Position numbers and translations under genes: made by a program. Below, one piece after another: positions 1 through 9,911 of a DNA stretch of 64,000 nt (positions are counted from its first letter, which is position 1; every line of letters begins with the position of its first letter). The stretch spans positions 28,038 through 92,037 of the forward strand of contig JAJEDR010000056.1 in the NCBI GenBank assembly GCA_022821385.1, in the 5' to 3' direction. Below the pieces are notes generated by a model, which was not told the origin of the DNA, searched no databases, and was given only the letters and a program-made list of their open reading frames with translations. The DNA comes from Rhodothermales bacterium (lineage in GTDB: Bacteria; Bacteroidota; Rhodothermia; Rhodothermales; Bin80).

Positions 1-815
1 CCGGCATTCATTATAAGCTGCCCGTACCGTCTGCACAGGTAAAGTCCTGCGTATTACTTGCAGGTCTGTGGGCCAAGGGACAGACGATTGTATATGAAAC
101 GGTTCGCTCACGTGACCACACGGAGCGTATGTTGAACCTCACGATACGCTCCTTTGACGACGGGCGTACGATACATTCCGATTCATCACATACAGTCCCT
201 CACGGTACGTTCACGCTCCCCGGTGATTTTTCCGCAGCCGCATTTATTCTGGTAGCTGCTTCCATTGCGGGGACTGCTCCTGTCCACATGTCAGGTGTTG
301 GACTCAACCCAAGTCGAACTGGTCTACTTGCTGTACTGAGACGGATGGGGGCGAACATTCAAATCAGCAATAAACGAACATCAGGCGTAGAACCTGTGGG
401 GGATCTGTCGGTGCGCAGGTATCCGTTGCACGGAGTCACCGTCAGAGGAGAGGAAATCCCTAATGTGATCGACGAAATCCCTGTAATCGCCGTGGCTGGT
501 GCCTTTGCGAATGGAGTGACCATCATACGCGATGCGACTGAGCTCCGGTACAAAGAATGTGACCGTATTAAGGCAACGGTGACCAACCTTCGGGCACTGG
601 GAGCCAAAGTGGAGGAATTTGAAGACGGATTGGCAGTCACCGGGCAGGTGCCGCTGCAAGGTACCAGAGTTTCAAGCTATGACGACCATCGCATTGCAAT
701 GGCCATGGGCGTGGCGGCTCTGGGAGTGCATGGCACTACAACCATTGAGGACGCTGACGCTGCCGCAGTGTCGTTCCCGGAATTCTGGGATACCATAGCC
801 GCACTGCAGGCGTAG
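1..815 (+). CDS. aroA: 3-phosphoshikimate 1-carboxyvinyltransferase (EPSP synthase), C-terminal part; the 5' end lies outside the window
   Basis: Frame 3 is open from base 3 (GIHYKLPVPSAQVKSCVLLAGLWAKGQT..RSRDHTERML) and runs into the listed ORF 129..815. The SAQVKS, RDHTERM and DDHRIAMA motifs are EPSP synthase hallmarks. Confidence 0.9.
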   Translation, partial: GIHYKLPVPSAQVKSCVLLAGLWAKGQTIVYETVRSRDHTERMLNLTIRSFDDGRTIHSDSSHTVPHGTFTLPGDFSAAAFILVAASIAGTAPVHMSGVGLNPSRTGLLAVLRRMGANIQISNKRTSGVEPVGDLSVRRYPLHGVTVRGEEIPNVIDEIPVIAVAGAFANGVTIIRDATELRYKECDRIKATVTNLRALGAKVEEFEDGLAVTGQVPLQGTRVSSYDDHRIAMAMGVAALGVHGTTTIEDADAAAVSFPEFWDTIAALQA

Positions 816-1147
816 TTCAACCGAAGCAGGACGCGGTAAAACCGTGGCTGCCAACGGGACGATCCCTATCTCGTATCTCACGCCTGAACGGGATGAAATC
901 CTCGTCGGCGCCTGCAGAAAAGAACCGTTCAATTTTGCGGCTATCGTGTGCGGTTGGCTTCTTGCCTCGCTCGAAGCTGCGACGGGCTGCGACGCAGTGA
1001 GAATTATTTGAATTCATGTCAAACGGAGAAAATGATTCCGTTTGCGACACCAATAACCGTTCAGTTGGACGTGTTGGGTTTCAAGGCACAAAATGAATCC
1101 CATTGTAAATCAGCACTAAGAGAGCAGCGCACACCTAGTTCAATTGG

Positions 1148-2755
1148 ATGGCACGAATGTGGCCGGTGATGTGTATTATGGACAAATTGGCTGTAGATAG
1201 ACGTAAGATGGATACGCATAAGGTTGAAACGATAATTCCTGCAAATCCATACACAAGGACGGAAATGAACACCTCTGGAGTCAAGTACTTAGGCAAAGTC
1301 TATACACCGAAGTGGATTGTGGATCATATGTTGCAAACCCTGTTTAATCAGTCCCTTGAGCAGATTAAGGTATGTGATCCCGCATGTGGAGAGGGAGACT
1401 TCCTCACCCCGATCGTTGAAGAAATTTGCAGGCGATTAGAAGGGGCGACAGCACATGAGCAGGCGGGGCTTCGCGCTACCTTGGAGCACATCACAGGATA
1501 TGATGTCGACGACGCAGCTGTAAGGAATTGTCGTCATAAACTCACGAAAATTGTGAACCAGATGCTGGGGTGGTCGTGGGATGATTCACGGTGGTGTATT
1601 CACCACGCAGATGCGTTGGACGCATGGAGGCGAGATCAGGGTACATTTGACTGGGTGATCGGAAATCCGCCTTATGTACGAATTCAGCACCTTGAAGTGG
1701 AGCGGAGGAAGAAAATTAAAAGCGGCGGCTGGAAATATTTTCGCGGAGCCAGTGATTTATATATTGTCTTCTTTGAGCTAGGCCTCCACCTGCTCAAAGA
1801 TCAGGGAGAACTCATGTACATCTCCCCGAGTGGGTGGCTCCGTAATGATGCAGGGATGACTCTGCGCGAGGACCTAGAGTTGAATCATGGAATCCACGCC
1901 CTCTACGACTTCGGGGATCATCAGGTATTCCCCGGCGTGAGCACCTACACATGTATCTCGCATATCTGTAAGGGAACCCCGGGTGAGAAAACAACGGTGT
2001 TCCGATACATCGGGGAGCGCTTTATTGGTTCATACAGGCTGGTGCAGTCGAACTCAGGCTGGGCGGTGGTAGACCGTGCTTCCTTGCTGCCAAAACCAGC
2101 AACTGTAACAAAACTGCGTGACATTGCGGATATTCATGTAGGGATTCAGACACTGGCCGATAAGGTCTTCATCCTGGAGGTAGTGGAGCAGAATGAGGAG
2201 TTCGTGGTGGTCCGGGTAGATGGTAAGCGTTTTCCCCTTGAGAACAAGGCAGTTCGCCGCATCCTAAAAGCCTCCGTCATGAAGCATGGGCGGGATAAGA
2301 TTGAGCGGGTAGTGATCTATCCATATGATCGCAAGGGAAGGCTCCTTCCCGAAGGAACATTCAAGAACCGGTTCCCAATGGCCTATTCGTGGCTGCTTGA
2401 CAATAAAGCGCGTCTTCTTGCTCGCGATAAAGGTACCTTCAGTCCCAAAAAATGGTTTGGCTTTGGAAGAGAGGTTGGCATACGGAGTGCGCTGGGAGAC
2501 AAGATTCTCACCTCGGGCATGAATCCGTCCCCGAACTTCCAGGTATGCGAAGACCCGGACGCTCTCTTTTATTCTGGATATTGCATAAAACCTCGACTCA
2601 ACATTGATCTGGGCGTACTTGCGAGAGAATTAAACAGCCCCGCAATGGCAGCACATGTACAGGCGTTTGCACAACCGTTCCGAGGAGGATGGTATAGCTA
2701 CGCGAAGCGTTACATTCAGGACTTCCCGGTGTCGCCCAATCTGGTTCGCGTGTGA
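1148..2755 (+). CDS. Type II N6-adenine DNA methyltransferase (gamma class, Eco57I/TaqI-like layout)
   Basis: The SAM motif I is VCDPACGEGDFL and the catalytic motif IV is GNPPYV. A long C-terminal region is consistent with a target-recognition domain. The true start may be an internal Met (MDKLAV, MDTHKV or MNTSGV). Confidence 0.8.
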   Translation: MARMWPVMCIMDKLAVDRRKMDTHKVETIIPANPYTRTEMNTSGVKYLGKVYTPKWIVDHMLQTLFNQSLEQIKVCDPACGEGDFLTPIVEEICRRLEGATAHEQAGLRATLEHITGYDVDDAAVRNCRHKLTKIVNQMLGWSWDDSRWCIHHADALDAWRRDQGTFDWVIGNPPYVRIQHLEVERRKKIKSGGWKYFRGASDLYIVFFELGLHLLKDQGELMYISPSGWLRNDAGMTLREDLELNHGIHALYDFGDHQVFPGVSTYTCISHICKGTPGEKTTVFRYIGERFIGSYRLVQSNSGWAVVDRASLLPKPATVTKLRDIADIHVGIQTLADKVFILEVVEQNEEFVVVRVDGKRFPLENKAVRRILKASVMKHGRDKIERVVIYPYDRKGRLLPEGTFKNRFPMAYSWLLDNKARLLARDKGTFSPKKWFGFGREVGIRSALGDKILTSGMNPSPNFQVCEDPDALFYSGYCIKPRLNIDLGVLARELNSPAMAAHVQAFAQPFRGGWYSYAKRYIQDFPVSPNLVRV

Positions 2756-2756
2756 C

Positions 2757-3482
2757 ATGTATGGTACACGAAAAGAACGATTCCTGAAGGCTGTGCAGAG
2801 GTCCTACGCCCGCTTTGTAGACACGAGTCCCCGCTCAAACGAAAAAATCAAGGTCCTCCATGGATGGGTTATTAAAGAACTTCGTGCAGTACTGGGCGAA
2901 CGGTACACCATCAAGGGACTTACCGAGGCGGGCGGAAAAGAGCAACGTGTGGACGGAAAATACTATCAGAAACAGGTTGATGTGGCAATTTCCAGAGAAG
3001 ATAATACGCTCGGGGTAGTGAGCATTAAGTTTGTCATGTCGAACTATCAACAGAACAAGAACAATTACTTTGAACAGCAACTTGGTGAAACTGCCAACCT
3101 GCGGAGGGGAAACATTGTATACGGCTACATCATGTTGATTCCACAACCCACACCGTACTTGAAACGGGGTGGAGAGGTGAAGAAGTACGAGGATGTGGAC
3201 GATCGTACCATTGACTTATACATGCGCCTGGGGGAGGATCATGGACAGCCCCATGTTCCCGATGTGCAGTGCATAGCACTGTTCCTCTTAACTGAACATA
3301 AAGGAGAGATCCGCCGACAATGTACCAGAGAAGACTTACCAGATTTGTCACCGGCAAACTTTGAAAATCTGGTTGGGCGTCTCAGCATTGATCATTTCTT
3401 CGAGAGCATGGAGTCCCTGATCAAGAGCAAGTATATCCAAACCAGAGGGTCTCCAGCTCACAGCTCTCATTTCCCCATATGA
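2757..3482 (+). CDS. Putative type II restriction endonuclease, partner of the upstream methyltransferase
   Basis: The ATG at 2757 lies one base after the methyltransferase TGA (2753-2755). The product is 241 aa. A PD-(D/E)xK-like core is plausible (VDVAISRED...VVSIKFVMS). I cannot name a family by eye, so the call rests on context. Confidence 0.5.
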   Translation: MYGTRKERFLKAVQRSYARFVDTSPRSNEKIKVLHGWVIKELRAVLGERYTIKGLTEAGGKEQRVDGKYYQKQVDVAISREDNTLGVVSIKFVMSNYQQNKNNYFEQQLGETANLRRGNIVYGYIMLIPQPTPYLKRGGEVKKYEDVDDRTIDLYMRLGEDHGQPHVPDVQCIALFLLTEHKGEIRRQCTREDLPDLSPANFENLVGRLSIDHFFESMESLIKSKYIQTRGSPAHSSHFPI

Positions 3483-4330
3483 CGCTCTGTTATAGATCAT
3501 GGATCTGACTAATAAGGACAGATTTCCCTGGTTTGACCCCGCCGACCTTCCACTAATGAAGAATTTCCGGACAAGTACAAAGTGAGGCTCGTACCAAAGG
3601 GCGAATTCCCTTTCCGCAGCGCATGTGGCGTCACGTCTGTGCAAATATCCCGAATTACTGGGAAACGCCATGCTCCAAGAGAGCCAGTAGATGTGGGGGC
3701 ATCTAGTTCCCATCCCAAAATTTGGAAAACAGACGTCCAAGTATGTTACTTCCTGGAAAAACCTATTGTCTCGTCCAATTGGCAATAGTAAAGATCATGA
3801 ATGAACCATTTTGACGTATCAACATGTCTCAAATGTGTAATGTTGGGATTATGGCGTAAATCCAAACGTTCTGAATCCTGAACATCTTATTAACCAAGCG
3901 TATTAACGAGTCCAGTCGTTCTCCAGCAAGACATCAGCAAGTTCCATGGCGAGGTCCGAAACGACATCAGTGATCTCCACAAAGGCCAAAAGATGATAAC
4001 AAATTCCATGGACAGGCTTGACAGCCGCGTCTTACGTATGAAAGTCCTGCTACCGTCCACACCTTGGAGTCATAACAAGGGACCAGTCAGGCGTTGAGCA
4101 AACCTCTTGGTCGTCCAGATCTGGTGCACACTGAAAATTTGTCCAAATCGTATTTGATTCAAATCAAACGCTTCCCCCGGTCGGAAGCAGTGCGGTCAAG
4201 CGGGGCCAACGGACGGTAGCTTCTACCCCACACGAAATTAACCGGACGTAAAGGGATTTCTACCCTTTCAAACCAGTGTTCGGGGTTGACTGCCAAGTAT
4301 TTCTGGACCACGCGGCCAAGCGTCTGACGG

Positions 4331-5467
4331 TCACAAACCGCGATCGCCGATTAGAGCTGAAAGCATCGCATCGTTCGTTGGAAAGGTGCGCATATGACGG
4401 GTCAAAGCCTGCATAGCTTCCATTGGTCGACGACTGTTGAGTACCTGAAACAGTCGATTGTGCTTTTGCATCGATTGTCCCAAAAGCAACTCCTCATTGC
4501 GTGTTCCTGATTTTCGGAGATTAATCGCAGGCCAAACGCGCCGATGCGCCATTTGCCGATCCAGTACTATCTCTGCGTTGCCTGTACCTTTGAACTCCTC
4601 AAAGATTACATCATCCATCCGGCTTCCGGTCTCAATCAAGGCTGTGGCGATGAGCGTGAGCGAACCACCATCCTCAATATTACGTGCGCTTCCGAACAGG
4701 CGTCGAGGAATCCGCATCGCCCCAGAATCCAGGCCCCCTGACATCGTTCGTCCCGACCCCTCTCCCCAAAGATTGAATGTTCGTCCAAGACGTGTCAGCG
4801 AATCCAGTAGGAGAACGACATCATCTCCCAGTTCTACCAAACGTTTAGCATATTCAAATGCCAAAACCGACACACGCACATGATTGAACTCTTCTTCATC
4901 ACTGGAGCTGGCAAATACTGTGGCTTTTGTGCTACGCCGAAAGTCTGTTACCTCTTCGGGACGCTCATCTACCAGAAGTGCAACCAAATGAATATCGGGA
5001 TGATTTTGTGTCAGTGACGCGGCAATTTCCTTGAGAATAATGGTTTTCCCCGTACGAGGTGGGGCCACAATCAATGCCCGCTGTCCCTTGCCGATCGGAC
5101 ATGCCAGATCCACAACCCGCATCGTTATATCATTAGGGCCTTTGACCAGGTTCAGTTTTGTGTCTGGGTAAACGATCTGCCCCTTCTCAAACTCAATCAG
5201 GTTTGCCCACGCCGTGGGGCGTTTGCCCATTACAGTTACCAAGCGGGACACCTGCAGATCTCCTCTCCTACCCGGCCGCGCATACCCTTCTAGCACCACC
5301 CCATCACGTAACCTGTAGCGGCTTATAAACGAAGGCGGGCAGAACGGATCGCTCTTGCTCTTTGGCATACCTGACTTCAATGCCCGCACGAAACCGAACT
5401 TGCGGTCTCCTATGATCTCGAGCATTCCCTTGAACGGCTTCTCAGGTCGCTTGGCTTTTGGAGCCAT
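4331..5467 (-). CDS. rho: Transcription termination factor Rho (short form, no N-terminal helical bundle)
   Basis: The OB/CSD-like RNA-binding part is GMLEIIGDRKFGFVR. The Walker A is APPRTGKT and DERPEEVT is also present. The listed ORF starts with TTG at 5470, and ATG at 5467 is the likely start. An in-frame stop lies 4 codons upstream. Confidence 0.9.
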   Translation of the reverse strand: MAPKAKRPEKPFKGMLEIIGDRKFGFVRALKSGMPKSKSDPFCPPSFISRYRLRDGVVLEGYARPGRRGDLQVSRLVTVMGKRPTAWANLIEFEKGQIVYPDTKLNLVKGPNDITMRVVDLACPIGKGQRALIVAPPRTGKTIILKEIAASLTQNHPDIHLVALLVDERPEEVTDFRRSTKATVFASSSDEEEFNHVRVSVLAFEYAKRLVELGDDVVLLLDSLTRLGRTFNLWGEGSGRTMSGGLDSGAMRIPRRLFGSARNIEDGGSLTLIATALIETGSRMDDVIFEEFKGTGNAEIVLDRQMAHRRVWPAINLRKSGTRNEELLLGQSMQKHNRLFQVLNSRRPMEAMQALTRHMRTFPTNDAMLSALIGDRGL

Positions 5468-5808
5468 CAATCGTATGTTTCAGAATTGCTGGCCTTACCA
5501 GCGATATATGTTTGGAATAAAGTACCTGTGCCTAGACATCGGGCACACAAGAGGGATGAACTTCAGACGCAATGCTACTGCGCAGAACACCTTAGGAAAC
5601 TACACACAATGCACCCGTATCCCGGATAACGCTTATGTCCTTTTCACGGGTCACAGGAAGCTCCAATGAGAGCACCCCGCCGCGCGGTTTCACCAATCCC
5701 GGACATAGTGTACAACCCTTCCCAGTCCGCACCACGCACCGCACGAGGCAATCCGTACGACACCCGCTCTAACATCCGAAACCTGCCACAGTTCCAATAT
5801 AGGCGCCC

Positions 5809-6441
5809 GTGTACAACTCTTATACCTATTGGTCCGACAAGATAACAATGGATATGCTCAAATATGAAAAGGTCCTTTGGAATCAGGGCCTGACATATGT
5901 TGGCGGAATCGACGAGGTTGGTCGAGGCGCGCTGGCGGGCCCGGTGATAGCCGCGGCCGTCATATTACCTCCCGCTATTGTAGTTGACGGAGTTTTCGAC
6001 AGCAAGAAGCTCGGAAAACGTGCACGCGAGAATGCCCTGGCCAATATTTGCGAAATCGCCATAGACATCGGAATTGGTCACGCAACCCCCGAAGAGATCG
6101 CGGAATTCAATATTGTTGGAGCATCATTGCTCGCCATGCAACGTGCGATTGACTTAATGGATTGTCCGCCACAGGCACTCCTTGTTGATGGCAATCGCCA
6201 TATTCCGAGCGCTGGCTGCCCACAATTTGCGCTTGTTAAGGGGGATCAACGCAGTCAGACTATTGCGGCAGCCTCTATAGTCGCCAAAGTAACCCGTGAT
6301 CATCTCATGTACCAGCTCCATCTAGACAACCCTGATTACGGCTGGGCTACTAATGTTGGCTACCCCACTTCTAAACATTACCGTGCACTCCGTGAAATCG
6401 GTCCCAGCACGCATCATCGACGTTCATTCCGACTCCTATAA
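5809..6441 (+). CDS. rnhB: Ribonuclease HII
   Basis: The GIDEVGRGALAGPV and DSKKL motifs are present. The listed start is a GTG at 5809; an ATG at 5848 (MDMLKYE) is an alternative. Confidence 0.9.
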   Translation: MYNSYTYWSDKITMDMLKYEKVLWNQGLTYVGGIDEVGRGALAGPVIAAAVILPPAIVVDGVFDSKKLGKRARENALANICEIAIDIGIGHATPEEIAEFNIVGASLLAMQRAIDLMDCPPQALLVDGNRHIPSAGCPQFALVKGDQRSQTIAAASIVAKVTRDHLMYQLHLDNPDYGWATNVGYPTSKHYRALREIGPSTHHRRSFRLL

Positions 6442-6953
6442 GCTTCCCAGCACTTCTCTGCCGCAACCTCGGGGGATACACCATCCACATTAATTGTCTG
6501 GTGTGCTTGCCGGTACATTGGCTCCCGTTCTTCAAGAAGACAGCGAATCCGGTCCTCCATTTGAGCAACGTCCAAAGGCCTGCCTTCCTGATCCTGTAAT
6601 AAAGGACGTTCTGTCCTGTCAGCCCGGAGTCTGCGCACCAGTTCCGGTATGCCTACACGGAGATACAGAACCTCGGCTTTCTTCAGAGACCAGGCCCGGT
6701 TTTCCGGGTCTATGAACGTCCCGCCTCCCAGTGCACAAACGATACCATTCGGCAGTGATTGTAGGGCTGTGGACTCCACCCTCCGAAAAGCTTTTTCGCC
6801 CCGCTCAGAGAAGATTTCCGCTATTGAGCATCCCGCTATGTCGGCGATACGATCATCCAGATCAATGAATTCAACGGCAAGCCGGGCGGCCAGTAATTCT
6901 CCCGTTACACTTTTACCGCATCCCATGAAACCTGTGAGAAAAATTCTGGACAT
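6414..6953 (-). CDS. aroK: Shikimate kinase
   Basis: The P-loop is GFMGCGKS and the LGGG motif is present. Size is about 180 aa. The 3' end overlaps rnhB convergently by 28 nt. Confidence 0.9.
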   Translation of the reverse strand: MSRIFLTGFMGCGKSVTGELLAARLAVEFIDLDDRIADIAGCSIAEIFSERGEKAFRRVESTALQSLPNGIVCALGGGTFIDPENRAWSLKKAEVLYLRVGIPELVRRLRADRTERPLLQDQEGRPLDVAQMEDRIRCLLEEREPMYRQAHQTINVDGVSPEVAAEKCWEAYRSRNERR

Positions 6954-7611
6954 AACGTCTGCCTGGATGCGGGACGATTGTGTGGAACGCTAACGTGGAT
7001 GATAAGGAATTACGACGGAATCAGGTTTTGGTTGGTTTAGCGGAAATGGTGTGCTTCGACAGGATTTGGGCCGTATGCGTCCTGGCTTGCCGCTGAATAC
7101 CTAATCAGGGGGTATTCCGGGGAAATTACGCTGCATTTCGAGGATTCGGCCATGTTGGGCGTAATCCCCCGAACTTTCCATCAGAGACGTTATTCTGTTC
7201 CCATTCCGTATCCGTTGTTCTTGAACCGATCGAATTGCAGTATAATCTCTGCACAAGTTTCTCGTCGTAAGTGCATTCCGACCTGTGACCCGGTTCAACC
7301 GGAATCCGCGCGCTGCTCCAATCCTCTCTGAACCTCTGCCCTGGTCTCAAATTCACGCCCAAGTCTTGTCACAGACTCGAAATTACCTTCGCCCGACACT
7401 CTTTCGTAAATACCTCGGCAGAAAAACCTGACACAATTTCCAAATACAAATGTACTCTAGGGAACATAGGATTCACGAACGGTCGCATCTTCTCAGTTCT
7501 GATTCAGAGAAGATATCTGTGCATGATCCCAGAGCGGTGCATAAATCGCACGGTTCGTAATACCTATTCTGTCCTATCTCTTAGTACCATCTACGTGAGA
7601 ACTGACTTTTC

Positions 7612-8382
7612 ATGTCCAGATATGCATTACTGCTGGAGTATGACGGTTCAGAGTTTAACGGCTGGCAACGACAAAGTACGGGCCCAACTATACAGGCAAC
7701 CGTTGAAAACGCTCTCCAAACCTTCACTCGTCAAAAGTACCTGCAGGTTACCGGCTCTGGTCGCACAGATGCGGGCGTACATGCAAGGGGGCAAGTGGCG
7801 CATTTTGAATGCGAAACCCTTCCCGATCATGCATTTCAACGCTTGGTAAAATCACTCAACGGGCTCTTACCCCCCACTGTTGCAGTACGTGCTGCAGCAC
7901 CAGTACATGAGAACTTTCATGCACGATATGACGCAAGGTTGAGAAGATATCACTACTATGTTTCGACCGAACCGCAGGCCCTCGAACGCAATCGTCGATT
8001 AGCGATTTACTCCTCGCCAGATTTTGAGCGAATGAATCACGCATGCGCTCTTCTTATCGGAAACCAACATTTTGGAGCGTTCTGCCGTACACGCAGCGCA
8101 ACCGTTAACCGTATCTGCAGCATCGTGCGGGCGCAATGGGAGCCGGAAATACGTTCCGGCTGCTGGCGATTTGTGGTGGAGGCAGACCGGTTCTTGCATG
8201 GTATGGTACGTGCACTGGTGGGCACGCTACTGGAAATCGGGCGCGGCAAACGACCTGTTCAGGATATGAAGCGTATCCTGGCAACACAGGATCGGCGTGA
8301 GTCCGGCGTAGCTGCACCTGCATATGGCCTCGTGCTTGAACATGTGGTATATGATATCCCGATCTTTGGAGGCAGCGACTGA
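7612..8382 (+). CDS. truA: tRNA pseudouridine(38-40) synthase
   Basis: YDGSEFNGWQRQ and GSGRTDAGVHARGQVAHF (containing the catalytic Asp) are present. Confidence 0.9.
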   Translation: MSRYALLLEYDGSEFNGWQRQSTGPTIQATVENALQTFTRQKYLQVTGSGRTDAGVHARGQVAHFECETLPDHAFQRLVKSLNGLLPPTVAVRAAAPVHENFHARYDARLRRYHYYVSTEPQALERNRRLAIYSSPDFERMNHACALLIGNQHFGAFCRTRSATVNRICSIVRAQWEPEIRSGCWRFVVEADRFLHGMVRALVGTLLEIGRGKRPVQDMKRILATQDRRESGVAAPAYGLVLEHVVYDIPIFGGSD

Positions 8383-8385
8383 TTC

Positions 8386-9702
8386 ATGCGACACTGGTGG
8401 CTTATCGTATTGGGGCTCGTGGCGTGTGAACGTCCATTCGTTGAAACCATCCGGCCGGAACTCGTAGTCCTGGAGCCCGATCTTTCCGAAGTGCAGACTA
8501 TTCCTGTGATTCAGCTACGCGTGCAGTCTGCTCACTTTCGGGCGGTAGGAGGCGTTTTGCTGAATGGCGTACCAATGGATCCCGCTCCCCCAGGACCTGC
8601 TTTCTGGCAAATATCCGTCGGCTTGCGGCTTGGTCTTAACACACTAGTACTTGAGGCAACAGATGTGGAGAATGTCTCCCGGGTAGATACTGCTTATGCT
8701 GTTTATCTGCCTCACCGCATTTCGTTAAATGCACCTTCGTTGCCCGAAGGACGAGGAGGACACTCTATCGTCCGCCTCCGCGATGGAGACCTGATGGTTA
8801 CCGGAGGGGCCAGCACGCAAGGAGGGGCCGCGCGAGGGGAATCATTCCTGTTAGCTTCCAACTCCGGGATTTTTGGTCTCATGCAGGAACGCCTGTTAAC
8901 TCCGAGAACCGGTCACACCTCTACGGTTCTCCCGAATGGTCAGGTGTTGATTGTCGGGGGAAGCAGGGTTGACTCACCCACTAATGTCGGAGAATTGATC
9001 GAATCCGTAGAAATCTTTGACCCTGACGCATCCAGGCGCGGCTTCCGGGAGATACCTGTCAGCGGGCAACCGATCCGCCGCGTGTACCATGCTGCTGTAC
9101 TGCGCCAGTCTGGCAATGAATTATTTCTCGATCTTATCGGAGGTAATGGCGATACACGCTATGGCAGCAGTCCCTTCTTTGGTGTGCGACAGGATCTGCG
9201 CACCTTCAGGATTGAGCCCGATGAGCTTATCGCTTTAAATACAAACTCCTCCGCTCCATTTATTGACGAGCCCGTAGCCGGATATACTGTAACCCGAACG
9301 CAACCTAACTCGTATCTCTTATTAGGAAGCCGATTCATAAATAACTCTGCCATCAACGGAAACCTACGCATTGATTATCCGGGAGGCACCGGGTTGTTTA
9401 TATCGGGTCTGCCGGAGTTTTTGCTGCCTCGCACTGCGCATGCAACGGCATCGGTTCTCAGCGGCGTATACACGACCTTTGGTGGACATCAAAGCACCTC
9501 CTCGGATGTGCTAACTCAAATGGAGGTATTTAATGAACAAGCGAATCAATTTTTTGCAATGCGACCTTCACAGGCTATGGTGGGTCGCTATCGTCATACC
9601 GCCACTCCTTCGGGATTGCGGTCCGTACTGTTGGTCGGGGGGTTTGCCCGAAATGGAACAGCCATCACGGCCTCAGAGTATTTTGTAGTTTCTACTGAGT
9701 AG
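8386..9702 (+). CDS. Kelch-repeat beta-propeller lipoprotein (function unknown)
   Basis: The signal peptide has a lipobox-like Cys (LGLVAC). Repeated R.(G/Y)H....L..G...v.GG units occur, for example GRGGHSIVRLRDGDLMVTGG, PRTGHTSTVLPNGQVLIVGG and GRYRHTATPSGLRSVLLVGG. Confidence 0.65.
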   Translation: MRHWWLIVLGLVACERPFVETIRPELVVLEPDLSEVQTIPVIQLRVQSAHFRAVGGVLLNGVPMDPAPPGPAFWQISVGLRLGLNTLVLEATDVENVSRVDTAYAVYLPHRISLNAPSLPEGRGGHSIVRLRDGDLMVTGGASTQGGAARGESFLLASNSGIFGLMQERLLTPRTGHTSTVLPNGQVLIVGGSRVDSPTNVGELIESVEIFDPDASRRGFREIPVSGQPIRRVYHAAVLRQSGNELFLDLIGGNGDTRYGSSPFFGVRQDLRTFRIEPDELIALNTNSSAPFIDEPVAGYTVTRTQPNSYLLLGSRFINNSAINGNLRIDYPGGTGLFISGLPEFLLPRTAHATASVLSGVYTTFGGHQSTSSDVLTQMEVFNEQANQFFAMRPSQAMVGRYRHTATPSGLRSVLLVGGFARNGTAITASEYFVVSTE

Positions 9703-9723
9703 CCTCGATAATTTTCAGGACAA

Positions 9724-9906
9724 ATGCGTCTGGACTTGCTTCTTCGTTGGATCGTGATCGCGATTGTAATTGTCGCAGTGGTCGTATTGCTGGATGTTAT
9801 ACTCGGGCTGGTGGTAGGATTGGCCAGGGCTGCAATGCCAATCCTGATCATTCTCTTTCTGGTAGGTGTAGTTGTGCGGATCATTGGCGGTAGGCGCTCT
9901 CTGTAG
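9724..9906 (+). CDS. Small hydrophobic membrane protein (hypothetical)
   Basis: The 60-aa ORF has two predicted TM stretches. It fits exactly between the neighbouring same-strand genes (stop at 9906, tadA start at 9912). Confidence 0.4.
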   Translation: MRLDLLLRWIVIAIVIVAVVVLLDVILGLVVGLARAAMPILIILFLVGVVVRIIGGRRSL

Positions 9907-9911
9907 AGGGC

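Noticed and set aside
2655-2756. The upstream extension of the endonuclease ORF.
   Set aside because: It overlaps the methyltransferase 3' end in another frame. The ATG at 2757, one base after the methyltransferase stop, gives the classic coupled arrangement.
3348-3785. A 145-aa minus-strand ORF and overlapping 68-69-aa ORFs in the gap downstream of the endonuclease gene.
   Set aside because: They have no motif and overlap each other and the endonuclease 3' end. Their composition is not coding-like, so the region is treated as non-coding or decayed.
7141-7200. A minus-strand GGAAAGTTCGGGGG resembling the RNase P RNA GGAAAGUCCGG motif.
   Set aside because: I found no accompanying conserved elements in the surrounding 400 nt, such as the ACAGAA...GCUUA 3' motif or P4 pairing.
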